Positions 24,208 to 37,098 of a DNA stretch of 64,000 nt are shown piece after piece. Each line of letters begins with the position of its first letter. The stretch's first letter is position 1. The position numbers and the translations under genes were made by a program. The notes beneath the pieces are model-generated. The model saw only the letters and a program-made list of their open reading frames with translations. It made no database searches and was not told the origin of the DNA. Source of the stretch: Blasia pusilla (taxonomy: Eukaryota); NCBI GenBank assembly GCA_050084515.1, contig CM114271.1, positions 34,038,001 to 34,102,000 of the forward strand. The letters run 5' to 3'.

Positions 24208-27200
24208 ATGGTTGCCTCTGAAAATATTATACCTCTCTCCCCTCAGTGGCTCTTTTCAAAGCCTGCAGAAAGCAAACAACCCATCACCAGTGCGGTATAT
24301 TATCTTTAGAGTTCTTGTTGGTGGATTGCCTACATTGTCATTGTCTTCCATGACTTGGAATTGATGCAATAAGCGCTCGTTTGCACGCTTGAAGACTTTC
24401 AGTTGAACAAGGAGGCTGCTGAGTGCAGATGGATTCTGTTTCTCTTATACTTCAAGAGTTTTACTTCATACTCGTTTGCAGCTGGGTGACTTTTAGTGTT
24501 GTGCACTTTGGCCTGGCTAAGCCCCTGATGCTATCTTTACAGGAACCAGCCCGGACACCGGGGACTCCAAGTCATGGGGGAGGAAACAGTGATGCTGTGA
24601 TTAAAGAGCGTTGGCGGGGGGATGTTGGCCGTGGTGACGGGGGTCGTGATGTGGGGCGTGACAGTGTTCGAGAAGGAGGTCGTGGAGACGGTGGTCGTGA
24701 TGGTAGCCGAGATGGAGCCAGGGATGCTGAGAGGAAAAGAGATTGGTGGAGGTCCATCTCCTTGGAACGTGATGCGGACAGCAGTCGGCGTGATCGCTGG
24801 CGAGAGGAGGAGAGGGAGAACAGCACAGCTGCTCGGAGAGACCGCTGGAAGGATGGTGAGAGGGAAACTGCAGAAGCTCGGCGAGGGGAGAGGTGGGCTG
24901 AAACTAATGTTGGAAGAGATGCAACTGATCTCCGCCGCCTTCCTTCGGACAGGTGGACTGATTCTACCAACAGAGAAACGAGTTTTGAAGCTCGGCGGGA
25001 CAGCAAGTGGAGCACTCGATGGGGTCCTGATGATAAAGAGAAGGAATTCCGAAGGGAGAAGTGGGCAGAACCAGAGAAAGAAGGAGAGGGTCTCCCTCGA
25101 GAGAGACATACTCCCACTCACACTCCAACTCCCATCAATAGCAGAGAAGGTGAGAGGGAGTCAGACACAGCCACCAGAGACAGGGCTTGGCGTCCTCATT
25201 CTTTCATGAGTCGGGGCAGGGGAGAGACTCCACCTCCAGGGGCTGCTCCGCCCAAGTTTGCACCTGGTTTTGGTGTGGGCAGGGGAAGAGGAGATGGTCC
25301 TAGTGTTGGATTTGCTGCTGGACGTGGACGAGCCAACTTTTCAGGAAGTGGCCTCCTCCATGGCCCTCCTGCTGGACCCCCAATCGGTGCACCACCTGTC
25401 CCAGATAAATGGGATGGTAGTCAAGGAAAAGCTGGTGCCCTGCAAGACAATTTGTTTCGATATTCCCGCGCGAAGTTGCTGGACGTTTATAGGAAGGTTG
25501 GAAGCTCAGCAACTTTTGCGAGATATCCAGAAGGCTTCACTGAAGTCCCCCAACTGACTCAAGCCGATATCTTGGAGCCACTTGCTTTCTTCCCTCCGGA
25601 TATGGAAGAGGAGGTCGTGTCTCATCTCTTGCTTTGCTTTCCCATATGTCCAATGTTTTCCCGTTTGTTTGTTTGTGGTCACAATGGCTGAATTTCAAGC
25701 ATGATGAGCTCAGACACACCTCATCTGCTAGTGGTGAATCTCAGTTGTATATCTTCAAATTTTGAAGTCATACTTTGTTCCAATCGATTTTCTGCTCAGG
25801 TTATTCTTGAAGGTATACGAAAAGGAGAAATAGTAAGTAGTGGAGCAGTCCACAATTCAGTAGGGAAGGAGGCCGCTCTTGGGAGGATCCGAGAAGATCC
25901 AGCAAGAGGTCGTGGACGAGGTCGGGGAATAGGTACCCACTAGAACTCTTATGTTCTTTTTCAATGCTCCAAGATCAGTTTTCATGAGTGGGTGTATTGG
26001 ATGTATTAATCAATGATCATACTGAAGGGTTGAGCTATAGCAAGGTCTCATATGTATTTAGCTGCGTTTCTTCCTACAAAGGTACTTGTGGGGCGGGAGA
26101 TATCAGCTACCCTAAAGTTCAATTTTGGTGTTTAGAATGTGCCTCTAGGTGAATGTAGAGTGAGAAATCCAGATGAAAAGTTCAGTTGAAACGTCAATTC
26201 TTGAACATATTCTACCTGACCTCATGAATTGATTTCTTTTCAGTAGGTAAGGAAGATGGTCTTTTCGATAGTCATCGAGAGGATGACTTCTTCGATGCTC
26301 CTGGATTTGGGGATGTCCGCGGTGGTGATGGTGGTGTCTTCGACAAACTTGCTGAGGCTAGATATGCAGACGCAGAAGGCGGCGATACTTGGGAACCTCA
26401 CTCTCGAACTGAAAGTATTCAGGATATGGAAGGTATTGGAAGGTCCATTTTTTTTACATGTGATGCACCTGGTGATTTTGAACTGCTTATCTGATTGCAC
26501 TGACATCAGTACAAACCTTGTTTTTGGGAGCCCCGAGCCTGGTTCAAACTTGGGTAATTTGAGAGCATGAGGGTGTTTTATTATTGTGCCATATAGCAAT
26601 GTATCAATGCTGCATGTCTCAGGTGGGAGAGATGAAGGAGGTTGGAGAAGAGGACGAAGTGGAGAAGATGGAGCTGGTGGCTTTGGGAGGGAAGAATCTG
26701 GTTGGCGACAGCGAAGTGATGGAGCTTGGAGGAGAGGAAGAAATGGTGATGAAGCACCTGGTGCTTCTAAGGAGGATAAAAACTGGAGAAATGAACGTGG
26801 TGTTGCCCAGGAGGAGCACAATTGGCGGCCCAGCAGATCTGAGGAAGATGCCTTCAAAGAGGAGTTCAGTAGTCGACCTGACAGGGGTTCTGGTCAAGAG
26901 AAGGAGAAGCTGCAGGGTCACTTTGAAGACGAAAGCCCAAACTCTGTTACAGGGGAGAGACGCTGGCACTCGGAGAGTATTGTCTATCAGCGAAGCTCTG
27001 AATATGACAAAGGTGATGAGCAATTTTCGCATGGTATGTCCTTAGTAGGGAACACTGGTGCAAGACCTGTTCAGTTTCTGGGAAGCTCGGATAGAGATAT
27101 TCCAAGGTTGAACTCTCGTCATGTATCACCAGAAGATATGTCACTGTACTACACGGATCCACAAGGTGAAATGCAGGGGCCTTTCCTTGGATTGGATATT

Positions 27201-30200
27201 ATTGGGTGGTTTGAAGCTGGTTTCTTTGGTGTGGATCTACCTGTGCGTCTTGCTGATGCTCCAGAAGGCTCTCCATTTACTTCCTTGGGTAATCTGATGC
27301 CACATTTGAAGCCGAAGGCCAGAGTGCCTCCAGGATTTGATGCTCTGAAGCAGGTGGAAGAACAAGCTGAGGCTGTGTCAAAGATTGAGGTGGATGCCTT
27401 ATCGGTAAATTTTTCTCGGCATGCAAGCCTATCATCATCTGGGATGGAAACTGGAATGATAGAGACAAAAGAGTTCCAAGGTAAAGCTCCCCTGCCGAAG
27501 ATGGAAATCATGAACAGTGTTGTGGATGCATGTGACGATGGTTCTCTGTCTGGAGACACACGATCCAGTCGGGAAGAACAGTTAAGGAATCATTCCTTGA
27601 CACTCAAGAAGGTAAGAAATGCTCTGGTACATATGAGTTGTTTGTGGCTCCATGAACTTCTGGTAGTGTTATGCATGTGACGCTGGAGTGACTGAGGAAT
27701 GCTGCTCTTTTGGGTTTTGGTTTTGACTGTGGAGAGTGATTCCTGTTTCTTTTGGCAGATATACCAGTGGACAGGCTTTTTGGCCATAGGGATGGACCAG
27801 GGATTGAGAGGACTTATTCAATGAGGCGTCGGATGCCTGCTTTTCCTCGAGTGGAATCTGAAGAACTGGAGTCTGTGAGACATCCTTCTCCAAGTCTTTT
27901 CTCACAGTGGCCCGGGCAAGATGGTGAACCCTCGACTTCAGGAAGTGCCGAGGCTTCAATGTCAATGCCCAACCACCCGTCCTTCAGAGTTGCACCATCA
28001 TCCAACCATCATCCAGTCTCTAGGTCTGCAGACTTAATGCCAATGATGCAAGGAGCCACCAGCCATGTACCTCTTGGACCTCAGCCTGAGCGCGCTTGGC
28101 CTGACCTCATGCGTTCTCTCTCAGATGCACCATCTCCTCATCACAACCTTCCACAGGGTGCGGGTGTTGACCATTCACATATTCACCCCCTGGAGATGCA
28201 ACATCTACAACGTTTGGTTTGATGCAGCCCGGGGGACTTCCATCCATCCAGCGACAACTCTCACAACCTTCCCCTCTTCCTCTAAGTCAGCAATTGCCAC
28301 CAGGGGGGCCTGCTCTAGAACAACTTCTTCGTCCTGGTCTCTCACGAGACCTGCAAACATTGAATATGCTACAGCAGCAGCAACATCAGCAACAGGCTCA
28401 GCAACCCCCTTTACCTATTCCTCCCTCAGGCCCTGTCTTGGATCAGCTTTTGAGACTTCAACAGCAGCAACAGCAGCAATTGCCACCTCAGGTCTTGTTG
28501 GAGCAGCTTTTGAGGCAACACCAGCAGAATCACTTTGATCACATGCATCGGCAGGCTGCAGGGGCTCCAGTTGATCAACTTCTCATGCGGCAAACTCATG
28601 AGCTGGCACAACCCCCACAACATCCTCTAGGCCCCCGTGGTGCAGGATTTGATCAGATGTATCAAGCAAGGCATCAGCCTGCACCAGCAATTGAACAACT
28701 TCTGCGGCACCGCCAACAGCAAGAACAACAACAGGTATATTGGTCTAGCGTCCCATTTTCATGGCCTTCACATGTTGCTCTGTTGCTATGTCAAAGCTTC
28801 CTCGGGAGGTGTAGGTTCAGGATGAAACACCCTGAATGTTCTGTTAGTCCAAGCTGTGGAAAGAGGTAGTAGAGTATAATTGAAGTATGTTGATACTCCC
28901 CTGGTTCCTGTCTTGGTGTTTTAGCTCAACCAGTTCTCACTGTGATTTTCTCAATCATGACAGCAAGATGCCTTCAGACACACTTCGGTTGTTGTTTGTG
29001 TACCCATAAGTGCTTCTGTTTCGCAGTTGCTACTTCTGTGAAGCAAGGATTCTTAGGTGATTCCTAATGGTCACCTCTCACTATGAACTCACACTTTGTC
29101 TCAATGTAATCTGTAACTCATCGGACTCTGTTTTTTGCTCTGTTTCACTGTCAGTTCTGTTTTCATTGAGTGGCACCAGGATTATTCTTACAGTTCAATT
29201 GCATCTTGAATTCTTCTTTTCTAGGACCTGATCCTTTTTCTCCGTCAACTGGAAGATACTTCTGGCCACATTCACAAGTATGTTCCTTTCAAGTGTGTCT
29301 GCTGTTCCAAACCCATTGCACGGGGGTTATCACTATTCCGCTTTCCTATGTAGGTTACATACAAAGCAACGGTTTACAGCCACATGGCATGCCTCCATAT
29401 TCATTGGGCGAATCATTCAGTTGTGGATTTTGAACTTCACTCCTTTCACTCCACCGCATCTTCTTTCAAAAGACTTAGTCTGCTGGTTTGTTGAATTGGT
29501 TGATCAGAAATCACCAATGTTGTGGGGCTGTCTGTTTATTCAGTCACTTTCTTGAGGAGAAGATGACAAGTTTAGTTTTGAGACCAAAGTTGGTTCAGTA
29601 CTTTTCTCCTTTTTTTGGTGATGTGTTGATGTACAACACCAAACACTGCTGGAAAAATGCGAGGAGGTTCTGGATCTATTAGGGTGGTAATGATATCAAT
29701 TCTGCAATTCTATCTTTTCAACTTCTGGCTTACGAAGCATTTCTCATTTGTCATCCCTCTTTCAAACTCATGACGGGCATGGAGTGTGTAGAGGAGTGTA
29801 GGTATTCCTTGCAAATGGGGGTTGTTGAATCTGTACTTTAATCATAATGGAACTTTTCCTCCTTAGTGTTCTGGTTTTGTGTAATCTCCTTCCTGTTTGG
29901 TATGTGTTGAAGCTGAACTCACCTTCTCACGTGTTGGTTTCCATCGTGTGAAGTTACTAACTAATCGTCATCTTTCCTGAGCTTCATTTTCATGGTTTGA
30001 CATTATTTGTGGAACTCACTCCAATTGAAATTACCGGTCCTTCTAAGGCTTTCCGAACATCTGGATGCTGGAAGTTCTCTGCATTAGTTTCTTGCTGTTA
30101 ATTTGTTGTGCCAATGGATTAAGCTCTACTAGGAGGCTTGAAAAGAAACTACCATCCCTCTGACCTTAAGAATGGTTTTACCTTCCAGGTAAGGCAATTT

Positions 30201-33200
30201 GGCCTTTCACAGGCACAAAGACCTGGTGTAGATGAGATGCGAATTTCTGGCGTCTGGGAAGTGGATGAATTTGGCCATTTCGTGCGGACTCAAGCTCAAC
30301 CTCCTCTGAGGCCATTCGATACTTTGAAGTCACAACCACAGCAAACTCAGCAGCAGCAGCAACAACAACAACACCATATGCCGAGCTCCTTGGGCATGTT
30401 GCAAGGTTCCATGCAACATCCTCAAGTTCAAGGTCCTCCTCAGCCAGAAAGCCAAGGAGTTTTTGGATATGAGTCTGCCACAAGTGTGAGAGGTCCGCCT
30501 AGTTTGTTTGACCCTAATTTGGCAAGAATTGAGAGGAATTTGTCAACTTTGGGGGGGTCTCAAAGAAAGGACACTGGAGTTGCTGCTGAATTAGTGGCAC
30601 AGCTTCAAGAGCAAAGAGCAAGAATTGAGAGGGCGACTAGTATCTCATTTTCTGAGTCCTCTAGGCCGTACTCTTTAGGCTTCCAGTCACAATCTCAGGA
30701 TAGACAATCTGATGCTGGATCTCTAGGTTGGACAGTACCTGCAAGCAGCTCATCAACAGATTCTGATTCACCAGCAAAGGTAACTGAGTGCCATTCAGGT
30801 CAGCAGGATGATGTGCCCAGTGTTGATGGACATCAATCTCAGCTGGAAGGACTTGGCTGGCAATTTGAACCAGACTCCCTTTCGGAAACTTCTACCTACC
30901 TTGAAAAGGGCAAAGAGAGTAGCAGCTTGCCTGGTCATTCCAAAACTTTTGGAGGGCAAGCTTGGAATGATTCTCCTGATCTCGTGCGTCAGGAGCAGCC
31001 CAGCCCAGGGCTTCCTGATTCAAATCTTGACTCCACAGTTCCTCAGGCTAAAGCCAGTACTTTATCAGTAGGTATTGTCTCTGATCAGCAGCTAACAACT
31101 GATAGTTGGTCCTCAGTCCACGAAACTGATCTTTCACCTCAAAACTCTGTGCCAGACATGACCCAGATGCCCAGTCACCCAGTTTGGAAGCCTGCTGTTG
31201 TGCCAAAGCCAAAGTCCTTAATGGAAATCCAACAAGAGGAAGCAGAGAGGAGAATCGCGGAGGAGAAGGCTGCATCAGAAGTGGCTGCACAAATAGGCCC
31301 CTTGAGTAACACTGGAAGTTCTACTAACTCTGGACCCTGGGCTGCCTCTGCAGCTATGCCCCAGACAAGGTCACTAAGAGAGATTCAGGAAGAGGAGGGC
31401 CGCAGAGCTGCCGCTCTTGGTCATTCTGGTTCGACGACTTTTGCCCCTCCTCTCACTTCTAGTGGTAAGGGCGAAGCTTCTTGGACACTGGCATCTCAAT
31501 CGTCAAGTGGTGAAAAGTCAAACTTGCGTGATGTGATTGCAGAAGAGGTGCAATTGATTGCCCCCAGTAAGAAGGGTGGGGAAGCTCCTACTTCTAATGT
31601 TTTGAGTCGACAGGTGTCTGCACCTGTGCCCGTGCCCGTGCCTGCACCTATGGCTGCTGTAACACCACCTCAGGCCTCTCCAACATTTGATGACTCTGAT
31701 TTTGTGGAGCCCAAAGAATCCAAGAAGAACAAGAAACGGGCCTCTAAAGCAAAGGGTGCTGTAAGCAAGGCGGCTCCTACTTCCACTCCAGAGCCTGTGC
31801 AGATCTCACCATCAGCATCCTCCAAGAACCCCGGAGCCCGACAGACTCAACATGATATAAGCAAAGAGGTTCTACCTGCTCCTCCAGTACCCTCTTTGGC
31901 AGATTTTCTGCAGCTGAAGGAAGAAGTGACAGCCTCTCAGCCTTTACCTGCTTGGTCAGTGGATCTAAGCAAGCAAGCAAAGTCTGCCAAATCCTTGAAG
32001 GAAATTCAAGAAGCGGAAAGGCGAGCAAGAGAGGAGCAGGAAAGGCAGTTCCGGGCTGAAGTGGTGCAAGTTTCTGCTCCTGTCAAGCCTATAATAGCTC
32101 ACATGCCTAGTGGATCAGGTGCATCTGCCTGGCAGCGCCCTTCTGTGTCCCCATCTCCACAAACTTCGAGTGCTGTCCAATCCAGCTTTGCAGCATCTGT
32201 AGCTGCTCCACCGTTGGCTTCAGCCAATAGCAGTTCTCGATCAAAAACAGGTTTCTATGAAGATGATGATGAGTTGTTTTGGGATTACAGTGAAGATGTG
32301 ACTCTTAAGATTGGTGCTGTCAAGCAAGCAACGAATTCTGAACGGTAGGACCAAACTAGCACTGTCCATTTTCCAAAGAGTCTTCAAAATTGTGGGAGTG
32401 ATTGAGACGAGAAGTTTTTTAAATAATTTATTGTGCAAGCATAGAGCACTCGAATGTTCTCCGTTCTAGTTGTTTCTAGAGAATGGGTGTGTGACCAGTG
32501 ACTGCCTGAGTTATGTGTTTGTAGCCAGTCTTACACTTACCCAGTGCTTCACTTGGTATGGTGCAGGCCAGAATTTCCGTCGCTGATTGCAATTGGGAAA
32601 GGAACAGCTGCTAAAATCCCGGTGGTTAAAGTTCCTGGCTCAGCAGCACCAACATCAGCACCTGTATCTGCTGCTCCTTCAACAGTACCAGTCTCTGCCT
32701 TTCGACAGGCAACTACCGGGGTGGCCTCTCCTCGTGTTAGCCCTATGGAGTTCCCTACTTTATCTGCTACTTTAAGTACAGTTGGTAAGGCAGTGGTTGT
32801 AAAACCCAAGAAGCAGCAGCATCCCAACATGCGAGCCAATGAAGGTGCATCCTTGAGTCAATCCTGTGTAGTGGCCTGACCTTGCTAGGGTAGTGGGTGT
32901 ATTGGCTCTGGAACATCTGTTAATATCTTGTCAGTGGATGTATTTCAACTCCTTTTTTGTTTAGATGCGGCGCCTAAAGTATGCTTGCACACAGCCCAAT
33001 TCTTGCCAAACAGGCCTTTGTCGATCTGAAGGATAAGGTGCCTCTGTGGTCAGAAATGCATATGGTAGTACATAACTAGCTGGAATTTTTGTGATGAACT
33101 GTTGTCTCTCTGAGCCAATTATTTGTGGCTATTGCAGACCTAGCAGCAACTTCTGTGCAGTATGCAGCCATGTCAACTACGGAAGGGAAAGCATTTAGGC

Positions 33201-33883
33201 AGTGGTGTGAACAGCACATCAAGAAGCTCACAGGGAATGATGGTACGTGATTTTAACTTGGGAACACCAGTGGAAGGGATATAAGGCTGCATGTGGTAAG
33301 GAAGGTTTCTAATGATAGTTCAGAATTCAATACTGTTGTCATTGGGAGCATCCTGATTCCAGGGATGAGTTATCAGATATTTAGATGCCATCCGGATGCA
33401 ATTGATTGAAATCACCATATTCCTGTAGTCAAATTCTGATGGTTGAAATTGGGTGCATCAGACATGACACTCTTGGACTTCTGCATTTCACTCCCATCAC
33501 TTGCAGAAGCTGGAGAGTATCTCACACAGTATCTTGGTTCGAGCCCCAACGTCCAAAGCTTCAAAGCTGAGTTTCTACGACGCAAGGAAATGGTGCCAAA
33601 TGAAGTAATTCGGACAGTTTTCCCTGTAAGTGATGCAGTCATCAGAGATGAATCTTCCAGCAAAAGCAATGGGAAGAAGGGAGACATGAAAAGCAAACTT
33701 GTTGCGCCAGTTAGAGATGTAAAAGAAGAAGATTATGGATTAACAGATGCAGATGGAAATAATAGCAAGGCGGGTAAGAAGAAAGGGAAAAAGGGAAAAA
33801 AGGTAGTTGATCCTTCTCTGTTGGGGTTTAGTGTCACAAGTAATCGGATCATGATGGGTGAGATTCAGCATATAGAGGATTAG
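24208..33883 (+). CDS. GYF-domain protein, EXA1/GIGYF-like (eIF4E-family-binding translational regulator)
   Basis: Exons inferred from GT/AG and phase: 24206-24294 (IPLSPQWL), 24543-25613 ([10 protein letters not shown]), 25800-25932, 26244-26432, 26623-27611 ([15 protein letters not shown]...WFEAGFF), 27759-28734, 30189-32344 ([24 protein letters not shown]), 32567-32844, 33138-33242 (FRQWCE), 33462-33883 ([21 protein letters not shown]). The true start may lie upstream (possible exon 23844-23909). Two apparent 1-bp frameshifts. Confidence 0.9.
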
Positions 33884-35403
33884 TGGTAATCTCAAATAGT
33901 TTTGATCAGTGGTGGACGGAACATGTACAATTCAGGTAGAGCGGAACTATTTTAGCTAAGATACGGACTTATCCCAAATTCCCAGTAGATTTAGAGCATA
34001 TAAGGATGGCACAACCGAGACCCTTTGAGGGGCTCTAGGTTGATGAACTCTTGTCCTAGGCACTGAGCTTTCTCCAGTGTACATGAGAAGGTAGATGGCC
34101 TCCAAGCGGGTGAGGATCGTAGAGTTGCTGATATTGGGTTGTGAGACCATTATACTGGTCCCTCTCATCATTTACACGTGCCGCAATTGTATCAAGTCAC
34201 TGAATGAATGGAATCACCTTTTAAATGGAGCCATTCACCATGAGGTGTTATTCTCACTTACTTTCTCCGAGTGATGTGAAATGCTGTGGGCCATTTTTCG
34301 TGTTCAGTTGGTATGACTCACTCATGTTCACACTACCACCACCAAAGGCCGTGTTCCTTGTTTGCTTGGTTGGTGGGTAGAACTCTGTGCGGCCCCGTCT
34401 ACTTCCCTGCAGAGGCCTCACAATGAAGGTGGATAAGTTGCTTCCAACTGCCTATCCGCCTTTAAAAATACATCTGTGAGTTTCTTAGAGTATATGTGTA
34501 GGGATCATAAAGTTCTGTCCAATTTTTGGTCCTCCACCGATCACCATCTTTGGGGCCGCCAGACTAGTTTTATGACACGATTTCCCCAACCACCAACCCC
34601 TTCAGATATGAATCAAACACGAGAGATCTCTGCCCTGGCTTTTCCTCTCCGGCACTTCAACGAACTGCGCATCTCTAGATGTGCACTTTGGATTCCCACT
34701 CTCTCAAAGTTGGATCCATCTTCAGTCCGGAGGCCCCCACTCTGAACCTCGAACCTGGTTTTGGGTCTTGTGCATATACTTGTGGGTCCTGCGTGCCACC
34801 ACTCTCCCTTCCCGCATGCACAGGCACTATCTCGTGACGACAGTTTCTTCCGATATGCACCCACTCTCCGAGGAAGCTTAGGTCACGGCTATGAGAGACA
34901 GTGCTTTCTACGTAAAACCTGTTATTTCACGAGGATGAGGTCATGGCTACGGGAGGCAGTGCCGAATAAGTAAAATCTGCTCTCTAGTTGTGGGCTTTCG
35001 AAAGGTTTGGACACTAAAAGTATACCCATTTTATTATAAAATAATCCTCAAAAGAGGACAAAGAAAGATAATAACATCTTATGCATGAATTATCCATTTA
35101 GGATGATTCATGCAGAAGAGAATTAAATGGATAATTCTCTTATGCATTTTTTGACTCAAAAGAAGAGTAAGAAAATGCAAAAGAGAATGCAAAAAAAAAG
35201 GCAACTAGCCAACGCAAACACCCACTCAGCGAGTTACATGATAATCAAATCTGACAAGAACACGAATGGTTGGTAAGACGTCCATTCACGTCTTACCCAC
35301 TGCCACCTCCGCACGACGTATCAATGCCAAGCTTGTGCACGTTGTAAGCCCACTGAGATGTATTGCCAAACATGTTTAACCGCACTGGCATCCATATTCA
35401 CGG

Positions 35404-35656
35404 AAGGATTATTTCATAATAAAAATAAAGCTCAGATTTATTAAAAGTAGAGGCACCTAAAAAATTAGGTGCCTCTACTTTTGACGATTGAGAAGAAAAA
35501 AATTTTAGAGAGTGAAAGGGATTAGAAGGGTTTTGGTAGGGGTTTTTGGTTAATTTTGTGAGTAATTTGACAGAAAACTAATCCAATTTGAAAAATACTA
35601 GCTTTGTCCTTCCTCAAATTCTGAATCTGAGCTTTATTTTCGTTAGTATCTCCCTT
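35404..35656. mobile_element. MITE-like foldback element with an internal perfect hairpin
   Basis: AAAATAAAGCTCAGATT (35422-35438) is inverted at 35624-35640. Internal 18-bp stem 35443-35460/35465-35482. Confidence 0.6.
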
Positions 35657-36483
35657 TAGTCGAAATCCCTCTCTTAAAATGACATGTGTCAATTTAAGAG
35701 AGGAGGGTTTCTTATAACCCCAACCTCTTTTAATTATCTAGATGGTAAAGTGGTAGTAAAAATAATAAGACAAAATCATGGGATAGTAAGACAAAATAGC
35801 AACATACTTGAATTTTGTCCCTTGATTCACATTAGACGGGTGGAGAAAATGAATTTGAGTAAAAGAGGATTATATTTATAAAAAGGTTTTCCATACTGAA
35901 TTGGATGGCCAAATTCAAAACAAAGTTTGAACTAGGCACGTGTCATATGGAGTGGGACATTGCATCCTCCTCTTCGTATATCGGTCATGAGCGATTTTGG
36001 GTTGTTCGTTAAGTACTCTAAGGGTTGTCATTGTTTAAGAATAAGTAGCCCTAGTTAGCATGCATGCCTATGCTTGCACATGACACTAATTTTTTTTTAT
36101 AATTTAGAAATATTTTTAGTTTCAAAATTCAAGTATGATAATAATAAGATTTTACTTTCAAATAATTTTTCTCCTCAATTAAAATTTAAACAATACCCAA
36201 AATCTCTAAATAATTTCACTCTTCCATAAACTTTTAAGCAATATCTATTCTTTCCCTTCCAATCTTCCCACCAAAATAAAATCCATTAACTAAATTATTA
36301 GTTAATTTGAATTATTGAAATCATTTCCATTTTCCTTTTAAATTCATTTTACTTTCAAAAAATATTCAATGTGAATTCACATGATTATTTTTAAAAATAA
36401 TCACATTTTCATTTCAAAATTTAAATTGAATTTATGTTTTCTTAAATCTTAAAAGAGTTATAACATTTCATTCTTCTAAATAA

Positions 36484-37098
36484 CTAGCTGGTTTCTATGC
36501 AATGCACGGTTGTATGATTTTGAATTACCCATCCTAAGTGTACAATTGAATTCGAACAATCCTATTGGCTTAGACAACGAGAGATTCTGTTGAATTGAAA
36601 GGAGATGCGATCTCAAAATGAAAAGGCACTCTCCAATAATAATATAGATTCCACTCTTCAATTAAAATTTAAATGATATCCCACTCCCCTAAATAATTTG
36701 ACATTTCCATAAAATTTAAACAAAATGTGCTCCTCCTCCACCCTTCCCATCAAATAAGAATTAAGGGAAAAAATTATAACTTTTTTTTGCTTAATTATTC
36801 AATTAGTTTATCATATTTTAAACCTAGGATAATCCATTATAATATAAATTAATTAAATGATGTATTCATAAAAATATAGTCCTCTTTCACTCAAAATTAT
36901 TTTCTCCACCCATCTAATCTGAATAAAGGGACAAAAATCAAATATGTTGCTATTTTGTCTTATTGTCTTTACTGATCCATGGAAATCTAAAGTCTCCATA
37001 TGCATGGACGACCAAGTGTCATGATCATATCTATGATATCATCCATCAGTCATGGCCATCATGGCAACCAGACTCCCACATGTAAGTATGATAAGAGA
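36484..37098 (-). mobile_element. Putative non-autonomous Helitron
   Basis: On the minus strand it ends CCGTGCATTGCATAG-AAACCAG-CTAG|T at 36484. Candidate 5' end A|TCTCTTATCATACTT at 37098 (less certain). Confidence 0.45.

Noticed and set aside
24537-25121. Long antisense ORFs over GYF exons
   Set aside because: Shadow frames of the GC-rich, repetitive sense coding sequence.
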